A DNA stretch of 62,899 nt, the filler included, from Octopus bimaculoides (lineage: Eukaryota): the NCBI RefSeq assembly GCF_001194135.2. It is 5 parts of 5 records of this genome, joined end to end, with 100 filler letters (N's around TTAATTAATTAA, not from the genome) between each part and the next. Parts side by side here need not be neighbours in the genome. Positions count along the whole stretch, not along the records: positions 36,059 to 53,100 come from NC_068995.1; 4 more parts are not named here. The stretch is one strand, 5' to 3'. Below the pieces are notes generated by a model. It was not told where the DNA came from. It saw only the letters and a list, made by a program, of their open reading frames with translations, and ran no database searches. This document shows positions 37,901-50,200 of this stretch, piece by piece; the first letter of the stretch is position 1; the number at the start of each line of letters is the position of its first letter. A program made the position numbers and the translations under genes.

Positions 37901-38212
37901 ACTTGAATGCTGCAATCTCAGAGGTAGCAGTAGCTAAAGCTATTTTATTTTCTTAACGAACTCTAGCCAGGAGGAGTTTCATTGAAAATCTAAGAAATAA
38001 CGTCCTCCTGTGTTCTTGAAAACCAAGGGGGAATTCACGGCGGTGTTTAGTGAAGAAATTAAACACACTACCCGGCAGTGGCAAAACACAAACTGATCAA
38101 ATCTATGTATAAATTTTCTTTTTATATGTTTGTTTCCTTTTACACAATATTAAAACAATGGCTAAAATTTTTCAGAAGCAGCACCCGCAACTAATTATAT
38201 CTACAAGCTGCC

Positions 38213-38275
<63 letters not shown>

Positions 38276-38532
38276 TGAAATCTTTTCTCTGAATTTCCCA
38301 GAATATTTTAGAAGGCATAGAATGGAAGACAACAAAAATAACGCAGTTGCAACACATAGTAAATAGTTATGTGCAGAATTGGTGCAAAAGTATACAACAA
38401 CAACACCGAACAGTCAAACCAAATAGACTCCATTCCATAACAAAAGTTTTATTCAAATCTGCAACTGTTTTATTGGAATATATAAAATTCCTGTTATTAT
38501 TGAGGCTATTCTATATGTCATTGACCGACATG

Positions 38533-38572
<40 letters not shown>

Positions 38573-39049
38573 CACACGCAAATAGCAGAAGCACCATAGT
38601 ACAGTTTATAACATGGTTACCTAGCAAGCAGTAAATATGTGGTTCAAATCCCACTGGAAGATCTCATTCCTTTTCCTGCCACAAACTGGTACTTGTAAGG
38701 TTTGATATCATCTCTAAAAGCTGAACATTTAATACTTGACATTTTGATAAAAGCCTTCTGAGAGATAATATTTCATAAGGAAAAGAGGATTAGGAGATAT
38801 TAACTTCTTAACTAGCAGGTCAACATAAAATGGCTGATAAAATTGACAGATTGGTCCTTGTTTAAATATGGAAACTTCTTCAAAGGCAAAATATCAAATT
38901 GTAATGTTTATGAATGAATGGTGAGAAATTTCAAATGATTGTTCTGTTTGCAATCACTTAAAATTTCTCATATATAAATAGATAAGCATGAATGTATGTA
39001 TGTGTGTGGATATATCAGTGAATATGAAAATGTTTACATTTTATTTGTT

Positions 39050-39382
39050 TGTATTAAAGTATTTCACTGAGATGTAAAAATATGGTTTGATTTGTGGGAA
39101 ATTTGGTTGCAAGAAATTTCAACCAAATCTCCCTCAAATCATACATTATCCCTTTTGATACCAACCCATCTGAAACCACTTCTGGCTCTGTAGTACAATG
39201 TCTTGTTTTCATAAGTCTTGAATTAAAATCTTCCACCAAACCTTAGTCACAATTTATGTTTCTAACACTAGCTGAATGATAACCAAGTTATTTTACTAAA
39301 TTCTTTGTTATATTTAAGATTAATCGAAAGAAACGCAGAGAATCTCCACAGAAATATGGTAACAAAAGCGTTAATAAGTTAA
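39050..39382. repeat. non-autonomous interspersed repeat, possibly piggyBac-type end
   Basis: Right end AAAAGCGTTAA resembles AAAGGG|TTAA; internal CCAAATCTCCCTCAAATCA block recurs at ~660, ~50620 and ~52120. Left TIR not resolved. Confidence 0.4.
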
Positions 39383-40144
39383 ATAAAGATAAACAAACAC
39401 ATTAGACAACCTAACCATTGGAGTCGTCATGGTTGGAATGCCTTTAATCATAAGTTTTCTTGATCAGATCTAATCTGGGGCTGAGTGACAACACCAACAA
39501 GTTTAAATAATTGACCCAGGAAGATGAATGACAAAATAAAACACTGGTAAGATTTGAAATCAGAACACAGAAGAACTTCTCTCCCCATCGCCCAGGCAAG
39601 AAACATCAATCACTTCAAGGGAATGGGAGAGCATCTACACAGCCATTTAATTTGCTAATAATAGTTGTTGAATCACCTCCAAGTCATATCCTACCAACTT
39701 AGAAAATGTACAACAAACTGGGTAAAGTTATCTTGGTTACAGTATGACTGAAAATAATGTGGGATGGTCATAAATGGAAGTGAGCCCTTTGTCATAGCTC
39801 TGCCTGATTACTGAATAATGTTATTCTGGTGTGCTATGACTGAAATTAAGGTGGGATAGTCATGAATGGAACTATGTCATTGATCACAGCTCTGGTTTCT
39901 TTCAATGACTTATGTGTGAACTCATTTTTAAAGCAACGAACTCTCTTTGTCTCATTTTTGTATCTGGTTTGAAGCAAATTATGTTGTGTCTGGGGAGGGT
40001 TATATTGTCTTAATGCCTTATTGCCTAACACACTGTGCCGGTGGCATGTAAAATGCACCATATGAGTGTGGCCAATGCCAGTGCCGCCTGACTGGCCCCC
40101 AATGCTGGTGGCACATAAAAAGCACCTACTACACTCTCGGAGTG

Positions 40145-40486
40145 TAACAAATCAACCCCAGGACTTATTTTTTTAAGGTCTGGTACTTATTCTATTGAGT
40201 TTTTTTTCGTCAAGCCACTAAATTACAGGGAAGTAAACAAACGAACATCAGTTGTCAAGTGGTGGCAGGGGACAAACACACATAAAAACACGCACATAGA
40301 TACACACACACACACACATATACACGACAGGCTTCTTTTAGTTTCCACCTACCAAATCCACTCACAAGGCTTTGGTTGGCCCAAGGCTATAGTAGAAGAC
40401 ACTTGCCCAAAGTGCCATACCGTGAGACTGAATCCAGAACCATGTGGTTCAGAAGCAAGCTTCTTACCACATAGTCACACCTGCAT
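40145..40486 (-). mobile_element. full-length family-A SINE
   Basis: Reverse tail, core TAAATTACAGGGA...TGTCAAG, (AC)n, head CCAAATCCACTCACAAGGC...CTTACCACATAGTCACACCTGC. Confidence 0.85.
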
Positions 40487-40487
40487 T

Positions 40488-40529
<42 letters not shown>

Positions 40530-40961
40530 AGTTTTAGAGAACTTTCTAGCAGGAAATTTTAAACTTGGCTGTGGGAAAAATTCAACTCCTAGGTGAGAAG
40601 TTTCCATCCTTGGTAAAGACACTTCATCACTGATTCATCTTACGAATTGTTTAAACTAAAATGCTTTATATCTGATGATCTGGTGTAGAGGACAAACGAA
40701 ACACAAAACAGCGACCACCCACATGTATTATGAGTTCTTTCATTTGTTTTGTTGTTTTTTTTTGTATTATTTTGTTTGATTTTTTTTTTTCCTTTGTCTT
40801 CATTGTAAAAAAAAGCTCACATTTTTATGATGGGAAAATGGATAAAACGTTTAATGCCAACTATTTGAAGCTGTTTTGTGTTCTAACTTTAATCTTATTT
40901 CAATGATTTGATTGTTAGTTTTCTGTTTTTCAGATTTGAAACAATGGATTCTGTGTGTGTG

Positions 40962-41000
<39 letters not shown>

Positions 41001-41154
41001 CTGTGTGTGTGTGCGTGTGTGTGTGTGTTTGTGTGTGTTTACTTGCATGTATGTATGTGTGTGTGTATGTATACATGTATGTAGGTATTTATAAATGTAT
41101 ATTCTTTAGGGTTTGTGTGTGTGTGTGCATGTGTGTGCATGCATGCACGCATGC

Positions 41155-41194
<40 letters not shown>

Positions 41195-42311
41195 ATATGT
41201 GTGTGTTTACTTTAATGTATGTATGCATGTGTGTATGTATGTATACATGTTTGTAGGTATTTATAAATGTCTATTCTTTAGGATTTATTTCTTTTTACTA
41301 GAAGAATTCAAGCTGGCCATTAACTGAGTGGTTAGACCTTTTTGTTTCACTTAAGACGGGTATTAGAGGGTTGTGGTCATCTGGATTGGTTGATGTGTGT
41401 ATAAACGCATGTTTGTGCTCATAGGCACCTTGCATTTGTATGGTGGACATGCATTTGACTTTAGTATACAAGCATCAGTGCTTCACACTTTTTATACTTT
41501 GGTTTACAAGATATGCTGTATCCTCTCTCTGACTATTTTTTTTTAATCCTGCAATAATCTTTTCTGCTATAGGCACAAGGCCTGAAATTTTGGTGGAGGG
41601 GGTCAGGCAATTACATCGACTCCAGTGCTCAACTAGTGTTTATCTGTTTCACGCATATGTGTGTATGTTCATGCATTCTAAATTTGCATATCAGAGCTAA
41701 ATGTAATTTGAAGGTTAGCATAGAATGGAATGACAAGATATGTCCTGACAAAGTTTTAGTCTATAAATAGTATTAATACATAACAGAAGTATAGAGAATT
41801 ACTATTTGTAAATCTCTCAATGAGAGATATTCAGCAACAGTACTTTGGAGTAAAGGTTATTTGCCAACATAACATGGCAGTCCTGGTTTAGGACGAATGT
41901 TGCTGTAATTTAGCCCCAGGAGACATCGTCTCCATCTGGCTATATGACACAATCTGTGTCCTTATATTTTTAAACAAGGGAATCTAGCACCCCCACTCAG
42001 CTCAAAACAATATCTGTGTATCATGATTTCCAGGTTATTTCCCTTCCTCAGCACAGGATGATTGTTCTGTTGTTGAGAGATTTACAAATAGTAATTGTCT
42101 ATTTTATAGATCAGTGACTAGTTGTCACTTTGAAAACTATATGCTATATACTAATTTAGTTAATTTTATCAAGCTCCCTTTTCAGTTTGTAAGATAGAAA
42201 TTTAAATGTATAAAATGTTTTAAAAGAAATTTAAAGTGCCTATGTGATAGCTATAAACCTACTTTTGAACCACCCTGTATATACATATATATATATATAT
42301 ATATGTAAGTG

Positions 42312-42314
<3 letters not shown>

Positions 42315-42404
<90 letters not shown>
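42315..42404. repeat. (AG)n microsatellite
   Basis: Directly visible. Confidence 0.97.
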
Positions 42405-42410
<6 letters not shown>

Positions 42411-43219
42411 CACGAATATTATATACTAAAGTACCAATTGATTGGTCACTAAGTCATTTCTGTTTGGAAACTTTTGTTGTGTATCTCTTGGCAAAACACT
42501 TTAAAATCACCATAGCATAATTTTCACTTGGCTTTTACACCTGGCTGTTACAAATAGGTAATGGAATTTCTGGACAATTACACCTGTGATATACAATGAC
42601 CTGATCAAGGAACAATAGGACTTATTGTCGATCCCCTTAACACTAAAGAAAGCTGAGCTTAGTTCGGATTTATGTAACCATTGCATGTGTCCTGTTGGGA
42701 TTAGTTAATAAATAGGTGCTCGTTATCTATAGAAAACTGTTAACGATAGCAAATGCAATAAAACACAAGAAGCTTTTGGTTAATTTCCTTCTCTCAGTAG
42801 TTTTTGTTGTTTGTGTTGTTGCTTTCATTGGTTTGTCAGAGTTTGTGAAGAAACAAGAAATTCTCCATACAGTTGAGGCTGTGTGGTAAGGAGCTTGCTC
42901 CCCAACCACCTGATTCTGGGTTCAGTCCCACTGTGTGACACCTTGGGCAAGTGTCTTCTACTATAGCCTCAGGCCAACCAAAGCGATATAAACAAGCATG
43001 CATTTTACACCAAAAGCCAATATGAGATTTTCTCTCATGGTATTTTCTGCAGTAAAGTTTGTTCTCACAGAACATCTCTGCTTAAGTGTGGTTAAATCTT
43101 ACTTCTCAGTATTAATTCTGCCTTTGTTGCTAATATACAAGGAGAAGTTAAAAATTATCTGCACTTTCACCATAACATATATCTGGTCTATTGGCCTTAA
43201 TTCTCTATTTGTCTGTATC

Positions 43220-43263
<44 letters not shown>

Positions 43264-43743
43264 GTGTGAGCATGTGTGTGTGTGTGTGTGCATGTGGGTA
43301 TTTATTTATCTGTTTATAAATAGATGATGAATGGATAGGAACTAGAGAATTAGATAAATGACTGGCTGTTTGTCTGTGTGTCAATTGTCTGGTTGAGTGG
43401 GAGAAGCACTATTGTCAAAGAAACAAAACAGAAAGGAATAAATAAAAGACATAATCAGCAAACCATGGCAATTATCTAATTGTCTAAAATTCCCTCTGGA
43501 ATTTACAAGAAATAAAAGTTTTGTCAGAAACTTTGGAATTACATCTCCACCCTGGCTTTGTTTTGTTTCCTTTTTTTTTATAGATTTCAATAAAAGAGAA
43601 GAAAGGAAAAAAAAAACACCCACCCATCCAAAACAAAACAAAAACAAAGCAAATTTTACCAAAATAGATAATTTATTGATAATGCGATGTTTGTGTTACT
43701 ATGCAGTTTTTTCAGTCACTGTTTCTTTATTATAATTATTATT

Positions 43744-44068
43744 ATTACCTCCACCCTAATGAAGGCAGAGGTATTGTTTTCAGTCGTGTTTGTTTGTTTG
43801 TTTGTCTGTGGACAACATATATCTCAAGAACTGCTGGATGGATTCAGATGAAACTTTCAGGGATGTTTGGCCTCATGACTGGCATGAACTGATTCTGGAT
43901 TATATTTAAATAAAATTTTTGAGAGTGGTTGGGTTCATTTTTAGCATTTTCATTTGTGAGTGCAGTCGAGTTTATTTCAGATATTCTCATTTTAAAAATC
44001 ATCCCCGACTAATCATTGGGAGGACATTGGTGTCGTCTTGGTGGAAATTTGCGCTCTCTGAGTGCTCT
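43744..44068 (+). mobile_element. HINE/DINE-1-like non-autonomous Helentron
   Basis: 5' ATTACCTCCACC subterminal repeat, (GTTT)n/GTCT tract, CTGGATGGATTCAGATGAAACTTTCAGG core, 3' GGTGGAAAT partner repeat followed by GCGCTC-TCT-GAGTGC stem-loop; flanked by (TTA)n. Confidence 0.6.
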
Positions 44069-45429
44069 TATTATTATTATTATTATTATTGAGTTGGTAG
44101 AATTGTTAGCACACCAGGTGAAATGCTTAGGAGTATTTCACCTACTGCTACTGAGTTCAAATTCTGCTGAGGATGACTTTGTCTTTCATCCTTTTGGGGT
44201 CAATAAATTAAGTACCAGTTGTGTACTGGGTCGATCTAATTGACTGCCAAAATAGACACAGTAGCCTGAGGCAGTGTTCTACCTGGCCGGCTCCTGTCAA
44301 ACCGTCCAACCCATGCCAGCATGGAAAATGGGCGTTAAATGATGATGATGATGATGATATGTGTATGTATGTATCTATGTATGTGGATATGCATTTTGTG
44401 AGCGTTTGCATATAATAAATTTGGATATGAATAAATTTAACACATTAACATTTCTTTAACGATTTCACCCTCTAACGAAGAAAACAAGCAGAAAAACGGG
44501 AGAAAAAAAGAGACCCAAATATAAAAAAATAACAGACAAAAAGAAAAATAACGAGTAAAAGAAAAGAAAAGAAAAAGTAATTTTTTTAAAAAATCAGTTT
44601 TCAGTGTAGTAAAGTTTTTAATCCGGCTGGACTTATTTATAAGAGAGGATATAAAAATACTCGTGTCCGCTATATATATGTGTCTGAATGTATATAGCTT
44701 CTGTTGACACCCACTTCCATGAGAAGTATATATATAAAGAGAAAAACTAACAAAAAAGACCGGCACGCCTATTCTGCCTGTTGTTTTATTATAAAGGCTT
44801 ATGTGCATGTGTGACAGGCGATACTGAGAGTAATAGTGCAAGATAGATAGCTTGATGTATAGTTATCTGGCAAAATATATATATGCAACAAGCACATGCT
44901 AGATAAATCGATTGATAACGTGGAAGAGAGAGAGAGAGAGAGAAAAGAAATGTAACTTTCAAGATGACCCAAAACAAAAATTATGGCTGACTAATTGAAT
45001 TGAAGACCTGTACTTCTTAAAGTAATTAGATTACACCAAAAAACAGAAGAAAGAAATTTACTGGCTTTTAGATACTAATTAATATAACAGTGAAAAATCT
45101 GTTAGGATTTGTGTCCGCGGGGAGAAAAGTCACCGAAACAAAATATGCATGAACTATATAGCCGACAAGAAAAGTTCTCCTATAGTGACACACACAGACA
45201 CACACACACATTCAGAAGAGAACACGTTCATTCACATGTGTATATAAGATACGCACTGTCCTTAGAGTTGTCATTCTCTCTCATGTTTTTCTCTACGAAG
45301 CACACTGTCCACAGAAGTGGATAGTGAAATAAAAACCCACTTCCATACACACATTATACTTAATTTAATTTCATTTCGTTTTGGTTGTTCTCTTTCTCTA
45401 ATTTTCGGAGGAATTTTCTCTTCTACAAG

Positions 45430-45603
45430 TTGCTCTTATGTCTGATAAAGTGGATAATGCGTTGCCCCAAACAACAATGGCCCTGGTTGAGGAAATACAC
45501 AACTTCACAGAGAACTCTCAAAGACTCAAACAAATCCTGGAAGAAACGAATAGTTTATACGAAGACATCAAAATTAAAACGGCTAATATCGACCAACAAG
45601 ACA
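45430..45603 (+). CDS. coding exon (174 nt, phase 1-1), predicted coiled-coil, unknown protein
   Basis: TTTTCTCTTCTACAAG| acceptor, ACA|GTAAGT consensus donor, open frame ALMSDKVDNALPQTTMALVEEIHNFTENSQRLKQILEETNSLYEDIKIKTANIDQQD with heptad-like hydrophobic spacing. Confidence 0.7.
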
Positions 45604-45754
45604 GTAAGTATTAATTGATTAATTAATTAATTATGGGAACATTAATAGCAACTAATCTATATGGTTGTTCTTATACTTATTGAGAGATGTATTGTGATTG
45701 TGTAATGTTTATATATATTTCTCGAAGGCATTAAAATGATGTGCATTTGTGTGC

Positions 45755-45802
<48 letters not shown>

Positions 45803-46769
45803 ATATATATGTATGTATATATATATGTATGTATATATATATNNNNNNNNNNNNNNNNNNNNNNNNNNNNNNNNNNNNNNNNNNNNNNNNNNNNNNNNNN
45901 NNNNNNNNNNNNNNNNNNNNNNNNNNNNNNNNNNNNNNNNNNNNNNNNNNNNNNNNNNNNNNNNNNNNNNNNNNNNNNNNNNNNNNNNNNNNNNNNNNNN
46001 NNNNNNNNNNNNNNNNNNNNNNNNNNNNNNNNNNNNNNNNNNNNNNNNNNNNNNNNNNNNNNNNNNNNNNNNNNNNNNNNNNNNNNNNNNNNNNNNNNNN
46101 NNNNNNNNNNNNNNNNNNNNNNNNNNNNNNNNNNNNNNNNNNNNNNNNNNNNNNNNNNNNNNNNNNNNNNNNNNNNNNNNNNNNNNNNNNNNNNNNNNNN
46201 NNNNNNNNNNNNNNNNNNNNNNNNNNNNNNNNNNNNNNNNNNNNNNNNNNNNNNNNNNNNNNNNNNNNNNNNNNNNNNNNNNNNNNNNNNNNNNNNNNNN
46301 NNNNNNNNNNNNNNNNNNNNNNNNNNNNNNNNNNNNNNNNNNNNNNNNNNNNNNNNNNNNNNNNNNNNNNNNNNNNNNNNNNNNNNNNNNNNNNNNNNNN
46401 NNNNNNNNNNNNNNNNNNNNNNNNNNNNNNNNNNNNNNNNNNNNNNNNNNNNNNNNNNNNNNNNNNNNNNNNNNNNNNNNNNNNNNNNNNNNNNNNNNNN
46501 NNNNNNNNNNNNNNNNNNNNNNNNNNNNNNNNNNNNNNNNNNNNNNNNNNNNNNNNNNNNNNNNNNNNNNNNNNNNNNNNNNNNNNNNNNNNNNNNNNNN
46601 NNNNNNNNNNNNNNNNNNNNNNNNNNNNNNNNNNNNNNNNNNNNNNNNNNNNNNNNNNNNNNNNNNNNNNNNNNNNNNNNNNNNNNNNNNNNNNNNNNNN
46701 NNNNNNNNNNNNNNNNNNNNNNNNNNNNNNNNNNNNNNNNNNNNNNNNNNNNNNNNNNNNNNNNNNNNN

Positions 46770-46837
<68 letters not shown>

Positions 46838-48680
46838 TATGGAGACAGATAAATGTATATGTTTACATACACACATAACATAGCTGATACCCCCTTTCTT
46901 AAAGCTATCAATGAACATCACATCACCTTAAAAAACACATTATTATTGTTGTTGTCTCTTATGACTTTTCACGTTTTGAGTTCAAATTCCGCTGAGGTCG
47001 ACTTTGCTTTCGTCCTTTCGGGGTGGATAAAATAAAGTACAAGTCAAGCACTGGATCGATATAATTTACTAATTCCTTCCTCAAAATTTCAGGTGTTGTG
47101 CCTATAATAGAAAGGCTTGTTATTGTTTCACAAATTATCAATTTCTCTACATAACAGGTTCGAGGTTCTTAGACTTATCGTGATTGTGCAATGTTTATAT
47201 ATATTTCTTGAGGTCATTAAAATGATGTGCATTAGTGTGCCTATATATAGCTATATGTAGATAGATAGATAGATAGATAGATATATAGATAGATGTATAC
47301 ATTTACACACACACACACACACACAAATCACCGTTTTTATTATTGTTATGTTTTGTTTTACTAGCTTTTCTTTCCTTTCATATCTGCTATTGTCTGTTAC
47401 TATTCCGGTGTGTTATCGTTAGGGTAGAGAGAATTTCTTTAGCTGTGAATCGAGACTGTGACAACGGTCTCGATTCTCGATCAGAAATCTCTTTCATTTT
47501 GCACTGAAGAAAGTCAAAATGTTCGCTTCTTTCACTATCCTCGCCCAGTTTGTTTCCTTATAAATCCAAAACACTGTTCTTTCTAAGAAATCGCCATTAC
47601 CAATTCTACTGTTTGAGCTGCAGACTTATGGTTAAAAAGCAATCCAACAGTGACCATCACATCCTCCCCTCTATTTGATGGCATATATATCTAAGATCAC
47701 GCTATGATGTATCATACCTTCCATTCTGGAGATTATTGGAAGTTGTTTGAAGGAAACTGTGAGAAGCCTTTAGTACGTCTATATGTCTTTGTGTTTGTGC
47801 CCTTCACTGCTTGACAACCGCTGTTGGTTTGTTTATGTCCTTGTAACTTAGCGGCTCGGCAGAAAGACCGATAGAATGAGTACTAGACTATAAAAATAAC
47901 TCCTTGGGACAGTTTGTTCAACTAAAACCTCCAATGTGGTATCCCAGGATGGCTGCTGTTCAATGAATGAAACGCCCAAAATGAATATAAAGGACACACA
48001 CACACTTGTCTGTTATTGCTGTTTTACCATGTTTGCATGGGTTGGAAGAATATGTTATTTGAGGCGTTGGTTTACAGATGGATGTTCTGGAACTGAGCCT
48101 TAACTGTTTTTCAATCAAGGGATCTCTTATTGCACACAGTTTCAAAGTGACCAGGCAATAACAAGCAACAAAACCTCCCACTACAACTCTCGTACAAATT
48201 ATTGCAGATATGCACAAACACACACACGCATACACTTATGCATTCACATCTTCATCATTTAATATCCACTTCTCCATGTTTGCCCCAGGATGTATAGCGC
48301 TCTCGGAAATAGATGGTCATGGCTAGAATACGTTTGATCAAGGATCTTTTGAATCAGAACTGAACTGGCGCTAAATAACAACAATAATGTCAGCTGCAAC
48401 AACATCTCATATTTAACCTCATTTCATATAGTACTGCTTTTGCACATATATGTGCAACCTGGCTGCAAGTGTACTTATGCAGTGTTGCATAATCTGCAGG
48501 ATGCAACAATGGATTCTTCTCCTCTCCTTTCTCCTCCTTCACTTTGTGTCTAATAAGTGCATACCTGACAAAGTTTAGCCACTCTGTCCCTAGACAACCC
48601 CAATAATGTGTGTGTATTGACCCTGCCCCTGACACCTTTGCATGGTGCCTGTGGATTGAGATGTTGAAGGGAAATCTTCA

Positions 48681-48899
48681 ACTCTTTTAGCATTTAAACC
48701 ATTTCCAACCTGAATGTTTACCTGTTTTGTCTTGAATCTGGCCAGATCCTGCCTCTCGGGCCTACCTCACAATGTATTTCTAAAGATAAATAACCACGTC
48801 ACTGAAATTGTGAAGCTGCAAGGTAAATATATGATTTGATTCAAAACATCGTGAATAAACAGGCATTGCATTTGGCAGAGTCATCTGAATGCTAAAGGG
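48681..48899. mobile_element. piggyBac-type MITE (~220 bp)
   Basis: Right end AATGCTAAAGGG|TTAA; left end TTCA|ACTCTTTTAGCATT is a decayed TTAA|CCCTTTAGCATT. Confidence 0.7.
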
Positions 48900-49589
48900 T
48901 TAAGCAATTTTAGTCATGACCACCACTACCACCAAGACCACCACCACCATCATTACTGCATGCATAACCACCACCCTCTCCACCACTACACTCTCGTAAT
49001 GAATTGCACAAAATCCATTGTCATATGGATTGTAGTATCAAAGAGGTGTGACTGTTGGGGTTGATAAATTAAGGTCGATAAATTAAGGTTGATAAATTAA
49101 GTACCAGTTTCACGCTGGAGTCAATCTAATCGACTGGCCCCTTCCCCAAAAATTTCGGGCCTTGTGTCTCGAGTAGAAAAGAGTCTCATTGGTCTATTTA
49201 CATAGGCTTGCCCAGGTCTACCTTGTATTAACAATTTTATTTGCAGTGTTTAAATACTGTATTTTTTCTTTTTTGTTGTTATTCTGTTCCATGACTACTT
49301 CTGTCCTGTCATGTCACATGTCTGTAATACGTTTAAAATGCTAGGAAATATTCTGACAATGAAGCTACTTCATGATTGAATAAGTTGTATCCGTTTATGT
49401 CAAGTGTTGCCTTCCATCTACAAGAAGGAGCAATCTAGTGTGATGTTGATTTTGTAATGTGATTAAGGCACCCCCCCCCCACACACAAACACACATGCGT
49501 ACGTATGTATGCATAAATGCATGAGTGTGTGTTTATTTTTGAGTTTCTCTTTTATTTGTGTCAGGTCCTAATAAAAATGAGTCGGCTAA

Positions 49590-50200
49590 TTTTTACTCAT
49601 CGTAAACCGTTTGACACTTGTTTGTCATCAGTTATTTTAAGTTCACTTTTTCCATGTTTGCTTGAGTTGGGCTGGGCATTTTGGGTTTTGTATTTTCTTG
49701 TACATATACACACATGCATGCAGACATGCGTGGGCACAGAAGCCAGACAGCTGCTCTGGCAATGATCACGCTCGGACGGTGCTGTTAGCGCTCCACTGGC
49801 ACAGGTGCCAGTCATCGAATTTGGTTCAATTACGATTTCGATTTCACTTGCCCCAACAGGTCTTCACAAGCAGAGTTTAGTGTCCAATGAAGGAAAGGTT
49901 GGCATGGGTGCCAGTTGTCGAATTTGGTTCGATTTCAATTGCCTCAACAGGTCTTCGTAAGCAGAGTTTAGTGTCCAATGAAGTAAAGGTACTCTTAAAT
50001 GGGCTGGCTACACCCCTGGCAGAGGCCACGGATTATGGTCTCACTTGTCTTGCCGGGTCTTCTCAAGCACAGCATATTTCTAAAGGTCTCAGTCACTAGT
50101 TATTGCCTCGGTGAGGCCTAATGTTCGAAGGTGGTGCTTCACCACCTCATCCTAGGTCTTCCTGGGTCTACCTCTTCCATAGGTTCCCTCAACCACTTTT
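49590..50200 (-). mobile_element. RTE-like LINE 3' end with long UTR
   Basis: GTYGRGRPRKT*DEVVKHHLRTLGLTEAITSD*DL; UTR ends ...CCCAACTCAAGCAAACATGGAAAAGTG. Short copies of this UTR tip also at ~37505, 44275, 48010, 51780. Confidence 0.8.

Noticed and set aside
40491-40680. 36-nt poly(T) as a retrocopy tail, and nearby TGATGA as a C/D snoRNA
   Set aside because: No AATAAA, TSD or ORF; no D box (CTGA) at a suitable distance.
45709-46921. Long ORFs of 300-400 aa in the track (also 4019-5080, 8250-9336, 58909-60112)
   Set aside because: Made of N runs and (TA)n/(TG)n repeats.
48499-48580. Signal-peptide-like MQQWILLLSFLLLHFVSNKC and EGF-like CNNGFF in overlapping frames
   Set aside because: Produced by a CT-rich tract; early stops and no credible donor.
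49060-49101. 14-bp unit tripled inside a SINE core
   Set aside because: Ordinary replication slippage.
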